A stretch of 20,000 nucleotides of DNA from an uncultured virus (IMG/VR IMGVR_UViG_3300044950_001783) (taxonomy: Duplodnaviria; Heunggongvirae; Uroviricota; Caudoviricetes), in IMG/VR virus record IMGVR_UViG_3300044950_001783; one strand, 5' to 3'. The stretch's first letter is position 1. The number at the start of each line of letters is the position of its first letter. This document shows, one piece after another, positions 1-8,193 of the stretch. The notes beneath the pieces are model-generated. The model had not been told where the DNA came from. It worked only from the letters and a program-made list of their open reading frames with translations, and made no database searches. Made by a program: the position numbers and the translations under genes.

Positions 1-321
1 CAGGGCCAGCAGTTCCTCGTCCCAGCCTGCCTGCAAGGCGAGTTGGTTGTCGCCGATCACGTAGGCCCGTTTCTGGGTTGGGCTCAGATGGCCCAACTCA
101 ATCACCGGCACTTCGGCCAGCCCCAACTTGCGAGCGGCTGCCAGACGACCGTGGCCAGCGATGAGGCCGTTGTTGCCATCCACCAGGAGGGGATTGGTCC
201 AGCCGTATTCCACGATGCTGGCGGCGATCTTGGCCACCTGCGCCTCGGAGTGGGTCCGGGGATTGCGGGCAAAGGGGATGAGCGTCTCGACCTTGCGGTA
301 TTCGACGGCGAGCGTGTTCAG
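1..321 (-). CDS. ParB/Srx N-terminal domain protein, probably a phage ParB-DNA methyltransferase fusion (3' part outside window)
   Basis: Manual translation from CTG at 321: (M)NTLAVEYRKVETLIPFARNPRTHSEAQVAKIAASIVEYGWTNPLLVDGNNGLIAGHGRLAAARKLG...GDNQLALQAGWDEELLAL, with the ParB-N 'IAGHGRL' motif. GGAG lies 8 nt upstream. Not in the ORF track. The MTase domain is inferred from family context, not seen. Confidence 0.85.
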   Translation of the reverse strand, partial: MNTLAVEYRKVETLIPFARNPRTHSEAQVAKIAASIVEYGWTNPLLVDGNNGLIAGHGRLAAARKLGLAEVPVIELGHLSPTQKRAYVIGDNQLALQAGWDEELLAL

Positions 322-355
322 ATCAAGGACTCCGAATTGGCGCGTGCTGCGCTGG

Positions 356-395
356 AAACGACAAAGCCCGCCGACGAGCAGACCGTGGGCGGGCT
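356..395 (-). terminator. Terminator-like hairpin upstream of the ParB-N gene
   Basis: AGCCCGCC (365-372) / GGCGGGCT (388-395) stem, followed on the minus strand by TTGTCGTTT. Confidence 0.5.
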
Positions 396-414
396 CAGGA
401 AATCAGTTCGGGGT

Positions 415-456
415 GCAAACCTGCAAACCCCGCAAACCCTGCAAACCTCGGTTTGC
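415..456. repeat. GCAAAC x4 direct repeats plus one inverted copy
   Basis: GCAAAC at 415, 423, 432, 441; GTTTGC at 451. Confidence 0.85.
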
Positions 457-469
457 AGTCGGACACTAT

Positions 470-520
470 CGAAAGGCCGCGCTCTCGCCTCCCGCATGGC
501 GGAGGCGACAGGAAGGACCC
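470..520 (-). other. Candidate lambda-like cos site (cosQ/cosN-like)
   Basis: Minus strand reads GGGTCCT-N20-GGGAGGCGAGAG-CGCGGCCTTTCG; lambda reads GGGTCCT-N23-GGGCGGCGACCT-CGCGGGTTTTCG. Confidence 0.55.
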
Positions 521-549
521 GTTGAATATCTGCCGACCATCTGACACTC

Positions 550-599
550 AAAAAATGACCACCCGAAGGTGGTCAGAAAAACCTTCCGTTGCGGAAGGT
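550..599 (-). terminator. Two tandem intrinsic terminators
   Basis: Minus strand: ACCTTCCG-CAA-CGGAAGGT-TTTT (599-577), then TGACCACC-TTCG-GGTGGTCA-TTTTTT (575-550). Confidence 0.75.
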
Positions 600-747
600 C
601 AGGGAGCTTGTGCGTCTGGTCGACGATAGCGAAATCCTACGGGAAAACCGCCCGAAATGTTGCAGCTGGCGAAAGCCGCTTCGACCCGCATCCATCCTCG
701 GAATCTCCTATTGACCTGCGATTCCCGGCAAATTGCCGCAACTCCCC

Positions 748-1167
748 TCATAGAGTCGGTGCACTCGCGAAACGTCCAGCTCGAAGTGGGATGTGTTGAT
801 TCAGGTTGTCGGCGACGACCCGCAATGCCCGCTGCCAGCGCCGCCACGCCGTGGTGCGATCGCAGCCGAAGCGCCGGCAGACATCCTTCCACTCGTACTC
901 CTTGGCTCGCATCCAGATAAGGTGGCGCTGCTCCTCTTCCAGCCACTGCACCCAGCGCATGGCCTCCAGCATCCGCTCGATGGCCTCGGGGCTGGGCGGC
1001 AGGGGCCGCAGTTCGATGTCCTCGCCGGACATGGCCTCCCACTCCTGGCGGGCGAACAACGGCCAGACGGTGAAGTATCCCTGCACCCGCACACGGGGCA
1101 GTCGCCGGCTGGTGTGCACCGTCTCCTGGAAGCGAGCGGCCACGTCCTCGATGGTCCATTCAGCCAT
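748..1167 (-). CDS. DUF6362-like protein with C-terminal sigma-region-4-like HTH; putative late transcription regulator (139 aa)
   Basis: MAEWTIEDVAARF...EQRHLIWMRAKEYEWKDVCRRFGCDRTTAWRRW. GGAGG RBS before ATG 1167. Last gene of the replication operon. Confidence 0.8.
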   Translation of the reverse strand: MAEWTIEDVAARFQETVHTSRRLPRVRVQGYFTVWPLFARQEWEAMSGEDIELRPLPPSPEAIERMLEAMRWVQWLEEEQRHLIWMRAKEYEWKDVCRRFGCDRTTAWRRWQRALRVVADNLNQHIPLRAGRFASAPTL

Positions 1168-1375
1168 GGTGGCCTCCCTTCCCCGACTCGCCATAGAGCC
1201 GCTCGCCGATGCGCCGGATGAACTCGCGTTCGACGAAATCCAGGCGATCGTCGGCCTCGGCAACCACCAGGATGTGTTGGCCGCGCCAGCCGTCCCGCTT
1301 CACGGCTTCCAGGTCGGTGGCCTCGGGCAGGTGACGGGCCAGGGGGCTGCGGTAGCGTGGTTCCGGGATCTTCAT
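1160..1375 (-). CDS. Small phage hypothetical protein (71 aa)
   Basis: MKIPEPRYRSPL...; the ATG overlaps the RuvC-like stop (ATGA), with GGAGG upstream. Confidence 0.75.
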   Translation of the reverse strand: MKIPEPRYRSPLARHLPEATDLEAVKRDGWRGQHILVVAEADDRLDFVEREFIRRIGERLYGESGKGGHHG

Positions 1376-1842
1376 GCGCCCACCTCCTGAGTCTCGATGG
1401 CGAAATGGAGTAGCGCCAGGGCATCCGCCTCGTTGTCGTCGCGGGGGGTGTAACCACGCGCCGTGGCTGCCGCGACCATGTCGGCCTTGCCGGCGTTGCC
1501 CTTGCCCGTGGCGTGCTTCTTGATCGTGCCCACCGGCACGCCCTGGTATGGGATGGCGTGGTGTTCGCACCAGGACGTCAGTGTGGCCATGAAGCCGCCG
1601 TAGGCGTGGGCGGCATCGATGCCCGCGTGCCGACGCACCTCCTCGAAGTAGACGACATCAATGCCGTCGCCGCTGTGCTTGATCTCGGTGAGCCATTTAC
1701 GAAACCGTAGGTAGCGCATGCCGCCGCCCTCGAAGCGCTGCGGCTTGAAGTCCTCGGTGTCGCTGATGATCTGGCCGTCCTTGAGGCGGATGGCCCAGCC
1801 GGTGTGGGTGCCCAGGTCCAGGGCAAGGATGGCGGTGTTCAT
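1372..1842 (-). CDS. RuvC-like Holliday junction resolvase, phage type (156 aa)
   Basis: ILALDLGTHTGWA, VYFEEV, IKKHATGKGNAGK and DDNEADALAL motifs; GGAGG RBS before ATG 1842. Confidence 0.85.
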   Translation of the reverse strand: MNTAILALDLGTHTGWAIRLKDGQIISDTEDFKPQRFEGGGMRYLRFRKWLTEIKHSGDGIDVVYFEEVRRHAGIDAAHAYGGFMATLTSWCEHHAIPYQGVPVGTIKKHATGKGNAGKADMVAAATARGYTPRDDNEADALALLHFAIETQEVGA

Positions 1843-1883
1843 CGTCCAACCTCCATCTGGCCACCCAGACCAGACTGCCCTCC

Positions 1884-2115
1884 ACGTAGGAGAGAGGGAG
1901 TCTGTGCTCCCTCTCCTACGTAGTAGGAGGGGGTCCGCATGCAAACATATGGAGCAAGGTAAATCGTTGATTCATCGGAAAATACGGAAGATTGCGGAAG
2001 CTTGCCGCAAACATCCGCATGCAAACTTCCAGAACACGGAGAATCCTTGTAAATCAATGACATTTGTTTGCAGTCAGTTTGCAGTTTGCGGAAGTTTGCG
2101 GGACTTTCCGCAATC
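1884..2115. other. Putative replication origin: hairpins, GCAAAC/GTTTGC repeats and an IHF consensus site
   Basis: Directly downstream of the primase-helicase. TCCGCATGCAAAC at 1934 and 2014; GCAAAC at 2007; GTTTGC at 2066, 2077, 2084, 2094; WATCAANNNNTTR match at 1960-1972 (minus); inverted repeats at 1884-1929. Confidence 0.55.
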
Positions 2116-2134
2116 ATCCTGAGCAGGGATTTCA

Positions 2135-4303
2135 TCAGGCAACGCATGTGTTTTCCTCCTCCTGGTAGATCCAGATTTCGGGGTTTTCGACAGGGAGTGG
2201 CGCCCCGGTCTGGGGGCACTTGTAGTGGGTGGGCAAGACCCGGATCGACTCGGTTAACATTTCGCCCGTGGCCTCATCCGGCGGGCCGATGGCGCGGTTG
2301 AACACCATGCCATCGACGCAGAGATAGCCGTTCCTGCTGCGACCGACCGAGGGCAGGCCATAGGGCTGGTGGTCGCGGAAGTATTTGATGTAGCCCTTGC
2401 TCGCCAGCACGGCCAAGCGCTCGTTGATGGTGCGGGAAGCGCCCAGCCCTGCCTGGCTCTCGAAGGTCTCGGCGAACTGGTTGGCCGTGTAGCAGCGGCC
2501 CTGGCCTGCCTCATCGAACAGGATCTGCAGGATCACGTCATGCTTGCGCCGCCGCTCCGCATCCAGGCGCTCACCGTAGTCCTTCATCACCAGGCGGTCA
2601 CTGTCGTCGACCTCGCGCCAGACGCCCTGAATCTTGTCGACGTGCTTGAGTGGGATGCCCGCGCCGTTGCGCAGCTCGAAGATGAGTTGCCGAGTCGTCC
2701 GGGACTCATCGGGGCGGTACAGGATCATCCCGCTGCTGTAATAGCCGCGCAGGCTGCCTGCGCCCGCAAGCGCCTGGAACGGATCTTCCTCGAACTGCTT
2801 CTTGGCGAGCTTCCGGGTGTGGTGGACCAGGATCACGCCGGCATCCGGGTTCACCTCTTGGCGTAGTCGTTCCACCCGCTGCGACAGGAAGTACAGCATG
2901 GCACCGTTGTCGTTCTCGCCACCGGCGTCGCCGCCGTCGAACACGTTGCGTATGGGATCGATGGCGATGATGTCGGGCGGCTCGCCGCCGAAGGCACGCT
3001 GGATGGCCGGGATCACCTGCGCCAGGCCTGCGTCGTCGAGGATCAACCGCAGCTGCGGTGTGGCGACGAAATTCACCCGTGCATCCAGTACCCGATGCGA
3101 GGGCAGCCGGATGCCTTTCACCCGCTCGCGCAGGTAGTAGTACTGCACCTCGGCCTGCAGATAGAAGACACGCAGGGGGCGCGCTGGATGCATGCCGAGG
3201 AAATCTGCGCCCGCTGCCATGTGGGTCAGCCAGGCGAGCAGGAAATCGCTCTTGCCGACCTTTGGCGCGCCGCCGAACACCAGTAGGCTGGCCGGAGGCA
3301 GCACACGAGGCGCAATGAGGTCCAATGGCATCGGCGAATCGTCGTCAAGCATCGCCCCCAGGCTGAAGGTGGGCAGCAGGACCGGGGCCGCCTTGATCAC
3401 CCGCCGCTCGCCTTCGCGCAGGAAGCTCGCGACGTCGAACCCCTGCTCGAAGGCATCGGCCGCATCCCAGCCGATGGGCTGATCGGCCGGCGGCACCAGG
3501 ATGGCGACCGAGGCAGCTCCCGCCGCCACGCTTGCCCGTGCGGCGGCTTCGGCGTAATCCCAGCCCGGAGGATCACGATCCGGCCAGATCACCACGTCCT
3601 TGCCGGACAAGGGTGACCAGTCGGTCTTGTCGATGGGCGCCCGCGCGCCGTTCATCGCCGTGGTCGCAGTGATGCCCTGGCGGATCAGCGCATCGGCGCA
3701 CTTCTCGCCTTCTGCCAGGATGACGGTTTCGGCCTGGGCGACGTCTGGCAGGTTGTAGAGTGGCCGGGGGTCGGGGGCGCGGCACATCCGGGCGCGCACG
3801 TCCCAGGGGCGGAACTCCTTGCGGCCCGGTTCCGGATCGTAGCGATAGACGCAGGCGATCAGTTCTCCGGTGGGGCTCAGGTAGTCCCACTTGGCGGTAT
3901 GGGGGCCGAGTTCGTCCCTGGGCGCCTCTGTGCGTGCAGGCGTCGGCTGGGCCAGGGACTGACCTGCCAACCGGGCAGCGGCCTCCATCACCGCGCCGAA
4001 GTCGCGCCGGCTGTCCAGTCCGTGGCAGAGTCCGATGAGCTCGAACACATCACCGCCCTGACCCGTGGCGTGGTCGAGCCACAGCCCCGCCTTGTCGCCG
4101 TCGAGCGCCACCTCCAGGCTGTCACCCGGATCGCCGTGGAGGTTGCCCACAACGAATTTGTGGCCGCGCATCTTTCCTGCTGGAAACAGCGCATGTAACA
4201 CCGAAGGCAGCCGGGCGAGCAGTTCGGCGCGCAGGATTTCGCGTTGTGCGGTCAGGTCGACCCGGATGCCAGTGATCGGTGGCACCTCGTTGAAATCAAG
4301 CAC
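2135..4303 (-). CDS. Primase-helicase fusion (TOPRIM + RepA/AAA_25-type SF4 helicase), 722 aa
   Basis: TOPRIM motifs ILAEGEKCADAL and VIWPDRD; Walker A GGAPKVGKS; Walker B IIAIDP; LVHHTRK. GTG at 4303 has GGGAGG upstream. Confidence 0.9.
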   Translation of the reverse strand: MLDFNEVPPITGIRVDLTAQREILRAELLARLPSVLHALFPAGKMRGHKFVVGNLHGDPGDSLEVALDGDKAGLWLDHATGQGGDVFELIGLCHGLDSRRDFGAVMEAAARLAGQSLAQPTPARTEAPRDELGPHTAKWDYLSPTGELIACVYRYDPEPGRKEFRPWDVRARMCRAPDPRPLYNLPDVAQAETVILAEGEKCADALIRQGITATTAMNGARAPIDKTDWSPLSGKDVVIWPDRDPPGWDYAEAAARASVAAGAASVAILVPPADQPIGWDAADAFEQGFDVASFLREGERRVIKAAPVLLPTFSLGAMLDDDSPMPLDLIAPRVLPPASLLVFGGAPKVGKSDFLLAWLTHMAAGADFLGMHPARPLRVFYLQAEVQYYYLRERVKGIRLPSHRVLDARVNFVATPQLRLILDDAGLAQVIPAIQRAFGGEPPDIIAIDPIRNVFDGGDAGGENDNGAMLYFLSQRVERLRQEVNPDAGVILVHHTRKLAKKQFEEDPFQALAGAGSLRGYYSSGMILYRPDESRTTRQLIFELRNGAGIPLKHVDKIQGVWREVDDSDRLVMKDYGERLDAERRRKHDVILQILFDEAGQGRCYTANQFAETFESQAGLGASRTINERLAVLASKGYIKYFRDHQPYGLPSVGRSRNGYLCVDGMVFNRAIGPPDEATGEMLTESIRVLPTHYKCPQTGAPLPVENPEIWIYQEEENTCVA

Positions 4304-4709
4304 ACGCAGCCTCCCGCAGAGCCTGGGCACGAGGCTGGCTGCGACTGGATTTGGCTGACTTTATGGGCTTCCAGAGCGCATCCTCGTTCACCAGATAGCC
4401 GGCCTTGGCCGCCACCTCCCGCACGAAATCGAGATCGATGCCGATCAGGTCGCACCAGAAACCGAGGCCCGAACCGCTTACCAGGAAGCGTCGTGCACGG
4501 TGGCGCTGGTTGTCGTCGCGGCCGATGGCATCGCCAATGGCCTGGGCAATCATCGCCACCCAAAGTTTCGTTTCCGGGCAGACCGTGACCACATGGCGCA
4601 GCAGGACTCGCTGAACCGCCTGGATGCCGATGTGGGGCCGAGCCGGCGACCACATCTCCATGCCGCCCTGCGCGTTGAAACGGATCTTTGCTTTGGTTTT
4701 TGGTTTCAT
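4296..4709 (-). CDS. Phage hypothetical protein (137 aa)
   Basis: ATG 4709 overlaps the nuclease stop (ATGA) and its own stop overlaps the primase start; helical core PETKLWVAMIAQAIGDA...FWCDLIGIDLDFVR. Confidence 0.75.
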   Translation of the reverse strand: MKPKTKAKIRFNAQGGMEMWSPARPHIGIQAVQRVLLRHVVTVCPETKLWVAMIAQAIGDAIGRDDNQRHRARRFLVSGSGLGFWCDLIGIDLDFVREVAAKAGYLVNEDALWKPIKSAKSSRSQPRAQALREAACA

Positions 4710-5440
4710 TGGGTTCTCCAACAACGGTTAGCCCAGGCGCACATGCGGCATTCGACGTGCGATGGTTCGGTGGTCATGCGAGGGAGTTGGTCGCCAGCCT
4801 CTGTGGCGGAGATCACCTTCACCGCCCGGTCCGACATGCGTTGCGCCAGGGCGGCATCGAATGGAACACGCTCGGCGTAGATCTCCATCGTGTCGGCGTT
4901 TACCGCAGTGAATAGGGCCGGGTGCTTGTAAAGTTCGAGATAGGCCTGGTAGATCGCCACCTGGGCGGCGTACACGGGTTTGGAAACGGCGAGATGCCGC
5001 TTCTCCAGATCGCGCCAGGATTTGCCACCGAGGCACTTTGACTCCCAAAGCGCCGGGTAGGCGAAGCCCTCCGGGCCGCCGACGATCACGCCATCGATAT
5101 GCCCCTGCAGCCGGCCATCGAGCAGGCTGAAGCCGAACTGCTGGCCATCCCGGCCATGGGTGCGCAGGTCGAACCCAGCCAGACGCAGCCAGTTCACCAT
5201 CTGCGCTTCGTTGTCGTGACCACGCTCGAAGATTCGCAGGATGCGCCCGGAGAATTCCTTGCCTGGATCCACCGGCGCGGCGGCGTACTCGAACTGCAGG
5301 GCGCGCTCGCAGGCCACCCCGAGCCGCGAGGCCCCGAGGTAGGCGCGGCGCTCCTGCTGCCGGGCCTTTGCCTGCATGCCGGCATCGACCAAGGCGGTGA
5401 TCTGGCCGGAGAGGGAGGAAGTGGAATTGAAGTCGAGCAT
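4706..5440 (-). CDS. PD-(D/E)XK exonuclease, Cas4/AddB-like (244 aa)
   Basis: GHIDG...WESK catalytic motifs; YAAQVAIYQ; one N-terminal Cys (ACER) plus C-terminal CRMCAWANRC. Confidence 0.85.
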   Translation of the reverse strand: MLDFNSTSSLSGQITALVDAGMQAKARQQERRAYLGASRLGVACERALQFEYAAAPVDPGKEFSGRILRIFERGHDNEAQMVNWLRLAGFDLRTHGRDGQQFGFSLLDGRLQGHIDGVIVGGPEGFAYPALWESKCLGGKSWRDLEKRHLAVSKPVYAAQVAIYQAYLELYKHPALFTAVNADTMEIYAERVPFDAALAQRMSDRAVKVISATEAGDQLPRMTTEPSHVECRMCAWANRCWRTQ

Positions 5441-5847
5441 CAGGCTGTCCTCCCTACAGGCCGAACGGGTGCGGACAGCGCCTGCTCATGGGTGGCGACC
5501 ATGGCCTCGGTCCAGGCCGTGACGATGGCGTTGACCACCGCCAGGGCCTCGGCCTCGCTGTAGTGGCCCAGGGGCTTGTCAAAGCCGATCTCGGCGGCCG
5601 CCTCGCCGAATGGGCGCAGGCAGGCCCGCATGGCGGCAAGTTCCATCTCGGTCGGATCAATCATGAACACTTCCTCCAGTTCGGGGTCCTTGTCTTTCCA
5701 GGATCCATAGAGGGCATGGAAGGCGGCCTGACACCGGCGCGAGCAGAAGACCCAGTTGCGCGGAACGGAGCGGAGATCGCTGGGCCGGTAACGGGTGTCC
5801 ATGTGCCCGAACCCGAAGGTTTGTCGTGTGCAGATGAGGCATTTCAC
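5440..5847 (-). CDS. DUF6511-like protein with N-terminal Zn-finger (135 aa)
   Basis: CLIC...FCSRRC, then MIDPTEMELAAM...IGFDKPLGHYSEAEAL; overlaps both neighbours. Confidence 0.75.
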   Translation of the reverse strand: MKCLICTRQTFGFGHMDTRYRPSDLRSVPRNWVFCSRRCQAAFHALYGSWKDKDPELEEVFMIDPTEMELAAMRACLRPFGEAAAEIGFDKPLGHYSEAEALAVVNAIVTAWTEAMVATHEQALSAPVRPVGRTA

Positions 5848-7547
5848 GCCACCTCCTGCATCAGGACCGCGTCGTTGGCAGAGTGGCTGGCTTGCTCACC
5901 GGCGCGCAGCACCAACTGCTGGATCGCACGCTTGTTGAACTGGAAGGTCAACAAGACCGAGGCCTGGTAGCGGGTTAGACCGAAATCTGCTCGCTTTTCG
6001 GGGGGCAGATAGTTGAGTTGCTTCTCCGTGGCCGGCTCGTTGATCCAACGGCGCGTCTTATGCGCGGAGCCCTCCGACTCGTGGTCGTTGAGCCAGTCGT
6101 CGGCCTTGGCCAGGCACACCGTGCGCTCCCCGATGGCCAGGAGGTGGGGGCGGCTTTCCTTGGCCCCGCCCACGGCATACCAGCGACCCGCAAGGAAATA
6201 GACGCCGCCCCAGGCACTGAAGCCGGTGGCCATCATGGTGTCGTCGTTCCCGAACAGATCAATCCAGCGGAAGTTCGAGCGCTTGAGCAGGTCGATCTCG
6301 CTCATTACGAAGTTGGTCAGTGCCTCCACGGCGCGCACTTCGCGTTCCCAGACATGACCACACAATGGACATTCCATGACGGCGAGCGGGACGATGGCCC
6401 CGCAGTCCGGGCAGTCCTTGGTCGGTGCCTCACCCTCCGTCAGGTGGCCGTCGAGGTTAACCTCCTGCTCCAGCGAGCCATGCATCAGGCTGGCCGTACC
6501 AAAGTCCAGGACGATACAGTCGGCCTTGATGACGCCGGGGAATTCCTCAGGGTCGATGGTGCGCAGTCCGCGACCGACCATCTGGATGAAGGTGGACTTG
6601 TAGGAACTGGGGCGCAGCAGCACTACACAACTGGTCGGCGGGTAATCGTAGCCCTCCGTGAGCACGGCCACGTTGACCACAACCCTGGCCTGGCCCCGTT
6701 CATAGTCGGCCAGACGTGCGCGGCGCTCGGTATCGGCCAACTCGCCATGGATCAGCACGGTGGGAATGCCCGCCGCGTTGAAGGCCTGGCAGACGCTGTC
6801 GGCGTGCGCCACTGTTGAGCAGAACACGATGGTCTTGCGGTCGCCGGCCTTTTCCCGCCACCGGGCGATCACCGCGTCGGTGATCAACTGCTTGTTCAGG
6901 ATGGCCGCCACCTCGTCCATGTCGAAGTCGATGGCGGTGCGGCGGACATTGGAGAGTGCATCCTGCACGCCGACGTCGATGACGAAGGTGCGCGGCGGCA
7001 CCAGGTGGCCGGCGGCGATCATCTCGCCCAGGGAGATCTGGTCGGCGACGTTGTCGAACACCTCGCGCAGGCCCTTGCCATCCCCCCGGTTGGGGGTGGC
7101 GGTGAGGCCGCAGATGCCGGCCTTCGGATTCCTGGCCAGCACCTGGTCGATGACCGCGCGGTAGCTGGGCGACGCGGCGTGGTGCGCCTCGTCGATCACC
7201 AGCAGGTCGAGCGTGGGCATCTGCTCGAGATGGAGTCCTCGCGAGAGGGTCTGCACCATGGCGAAGGTGGCGTGGCCCGCCCACGATTTCTCGGTCGCGT
7301 CGAACACCGAGGTCGTGAGGCCCGGGTTGACGCGGGCGAACTTGGCGCGGTTCTGGCCGGTGAGTTCCGTGCGGTGGGCGAGGATGCAGACCTTTGCGTC
7401 CGGTTCTGCCAACAGGCTACCGGCAACCGCCGACAACATGATGGTCTTGCCGCTGCCCGTCGGGGCCACCGCCAGGGTGTTGCCATGCTGATCGAGTGCA
7501 TCGAGCGTGCGCTCGACCAGCAGGGTTTGTCGGGGACGAAGCATCAT
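5844..7547 (-). CDS. SF2 DEAH-box helicase (RadD/YejH-like, phage) with C-terminal Zn finger (567 aa)
   Basis: APTGSGKT, DEAHH, GLTATP, QMVGRGLR, CPDC...CPLC. Confidence 0.93.
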   Translation of the reverse strand: MMLRPRQTLLVERTLDALDQHGNTLAVAPTGSGKTIMLSAVAGSLLAEPDAKVCILAHRTELTGQNRAKFARVNPGLTTSVFDATEKSWAGHATFAMVQTLSRGLHLEQMPTLDLLVIDEAHHAASPSYRAVIDQVLARNPKAGICGLTATPNRGDGKGLREVFDNVADQISLGEMIAAGHLVPPRTFVIDVGVQDALSNVRRTAIDFDMDEVAAILNKQLITDAVIARWREKAGDRKTIVFCSTVAHADSVCQAFNAAGIPTVLIHGELADTERRARLADYERGQARVVVNVAVLTEGYDYPPTSCVVLLRPSSYKSTFIQMVGRGLRTIDPEEFPGVIKADCIVLDFGTASLMHGSLEQEVNLDGHLTEGEAPTKDCPDCGAIVPLAVMECPLCGHVWEREVRAVEALTNFVMSEIDLLKRSNFRWIDLFGNDDTMMATGFSAWGGVYFLAGRWYAVGGAKESRPHLLAIGERTVCLAKADDWLNDHESEGSAHKTRRWINEPATEKQLNYLPPEKRADFGLTRYQASVLLTFQFNKRAIQQLVLRAGEQASHSANDAVLMQEVA

Positions 7548-7561
7548 GTCGGCGTCCTCCC

Positions 7562-8191
7562 TTACTGCGCCCAGGCGGGTTTGCCGCCGGGAATTCCCGA
7601 GGGTCGGGCTGCGGGCGCGGCAGGCTGCGGATAGGAAGGCATCGCCGGGGCTCCACCTTGGCCGCCACTCGACGGCCCCGTCCTGGCGGCCACTCCCATC
7701 AACGCCGCATAGTCCTTGTGATCCGGCTCGATCACTGCCTTGATGGTGTTCTTGTCGTTGCCCTTGGCATCCTTTTCGATATCGATGCGGGCTGCAAACT
7801 CCATGCCGTCGAGTTCGGCAAAGCCGCCGATGCGCCGGGCTGCCACGGCTTGCGGGCTGTTGTCACCCGGATGCACGTTGCGGGCGCTGTTGAGGGCTGC
7901 ACGCACGAAGGTGCGGCCCATGGCCTGCCAGGTGGGGCCCTTGGAAGAATGCAGCCCCACGTTCCACCAGATCTTGCGCCGGGCATAGGGGCCTTCCATG
8001 ACCACGCCCTCGAAGGCGAGATAGATGGAACCCGTGTCCTGGGAGTAGGTGGCCCATCCGCCGGTCCAGCCCTGCGCGGGATCATCGTAGCCACCCGGCT
8101 TGATGGCCGTGCGGATGCGCGCCAGGGTGCCTTTCGGGATCAGATCGAAGGAGGTTTGTTCTGCGGCGTCGTTGTAATCGAAGAAACTCAT
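7562..8191 (-). CDS. Putative phage ssDNA-binding protein (209 aa)
   Basis: Follows the Sak4-like ATPase; beta-rich core with a G/P/A-rich tail ending KPAWAQ; AGGAG RBS. Confidence 0.65.
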   Translation of the reverse strand: MSFFDYNDAAEQTSFDLIPKGTLARIRTAIKPGGYDDPAQGWTGGWATYSQDTGSIYLAFEGVVMEGPYARRKIWWNVGLHSSKGPTWQAMGRTFVRAALNSARNVHPGDNSPQAVAARRIGGFAELDGMEFAARIDIEKDAKGNDKNTIKAVIEPDHKDYAALMGVAARTGPSSGGQGGAPAMPSYPQPAAPAARPSGIPGGKPAWAQ

Positions 8192-8193
8192 GG

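Noticed and set aside
415..456. Short repeats as a CRISPR array, given the Cas4-like gene
   Set aside because: Repeats are 6-8 bp with no spacers, and there are no cas1/cas2 or other cas genes in the window.
43..544. Plus-strand ORFs 43..525 and 128..544
   Set aside because: Antisense shadows of the ParB-N gene and the cis-element region; no motifs.
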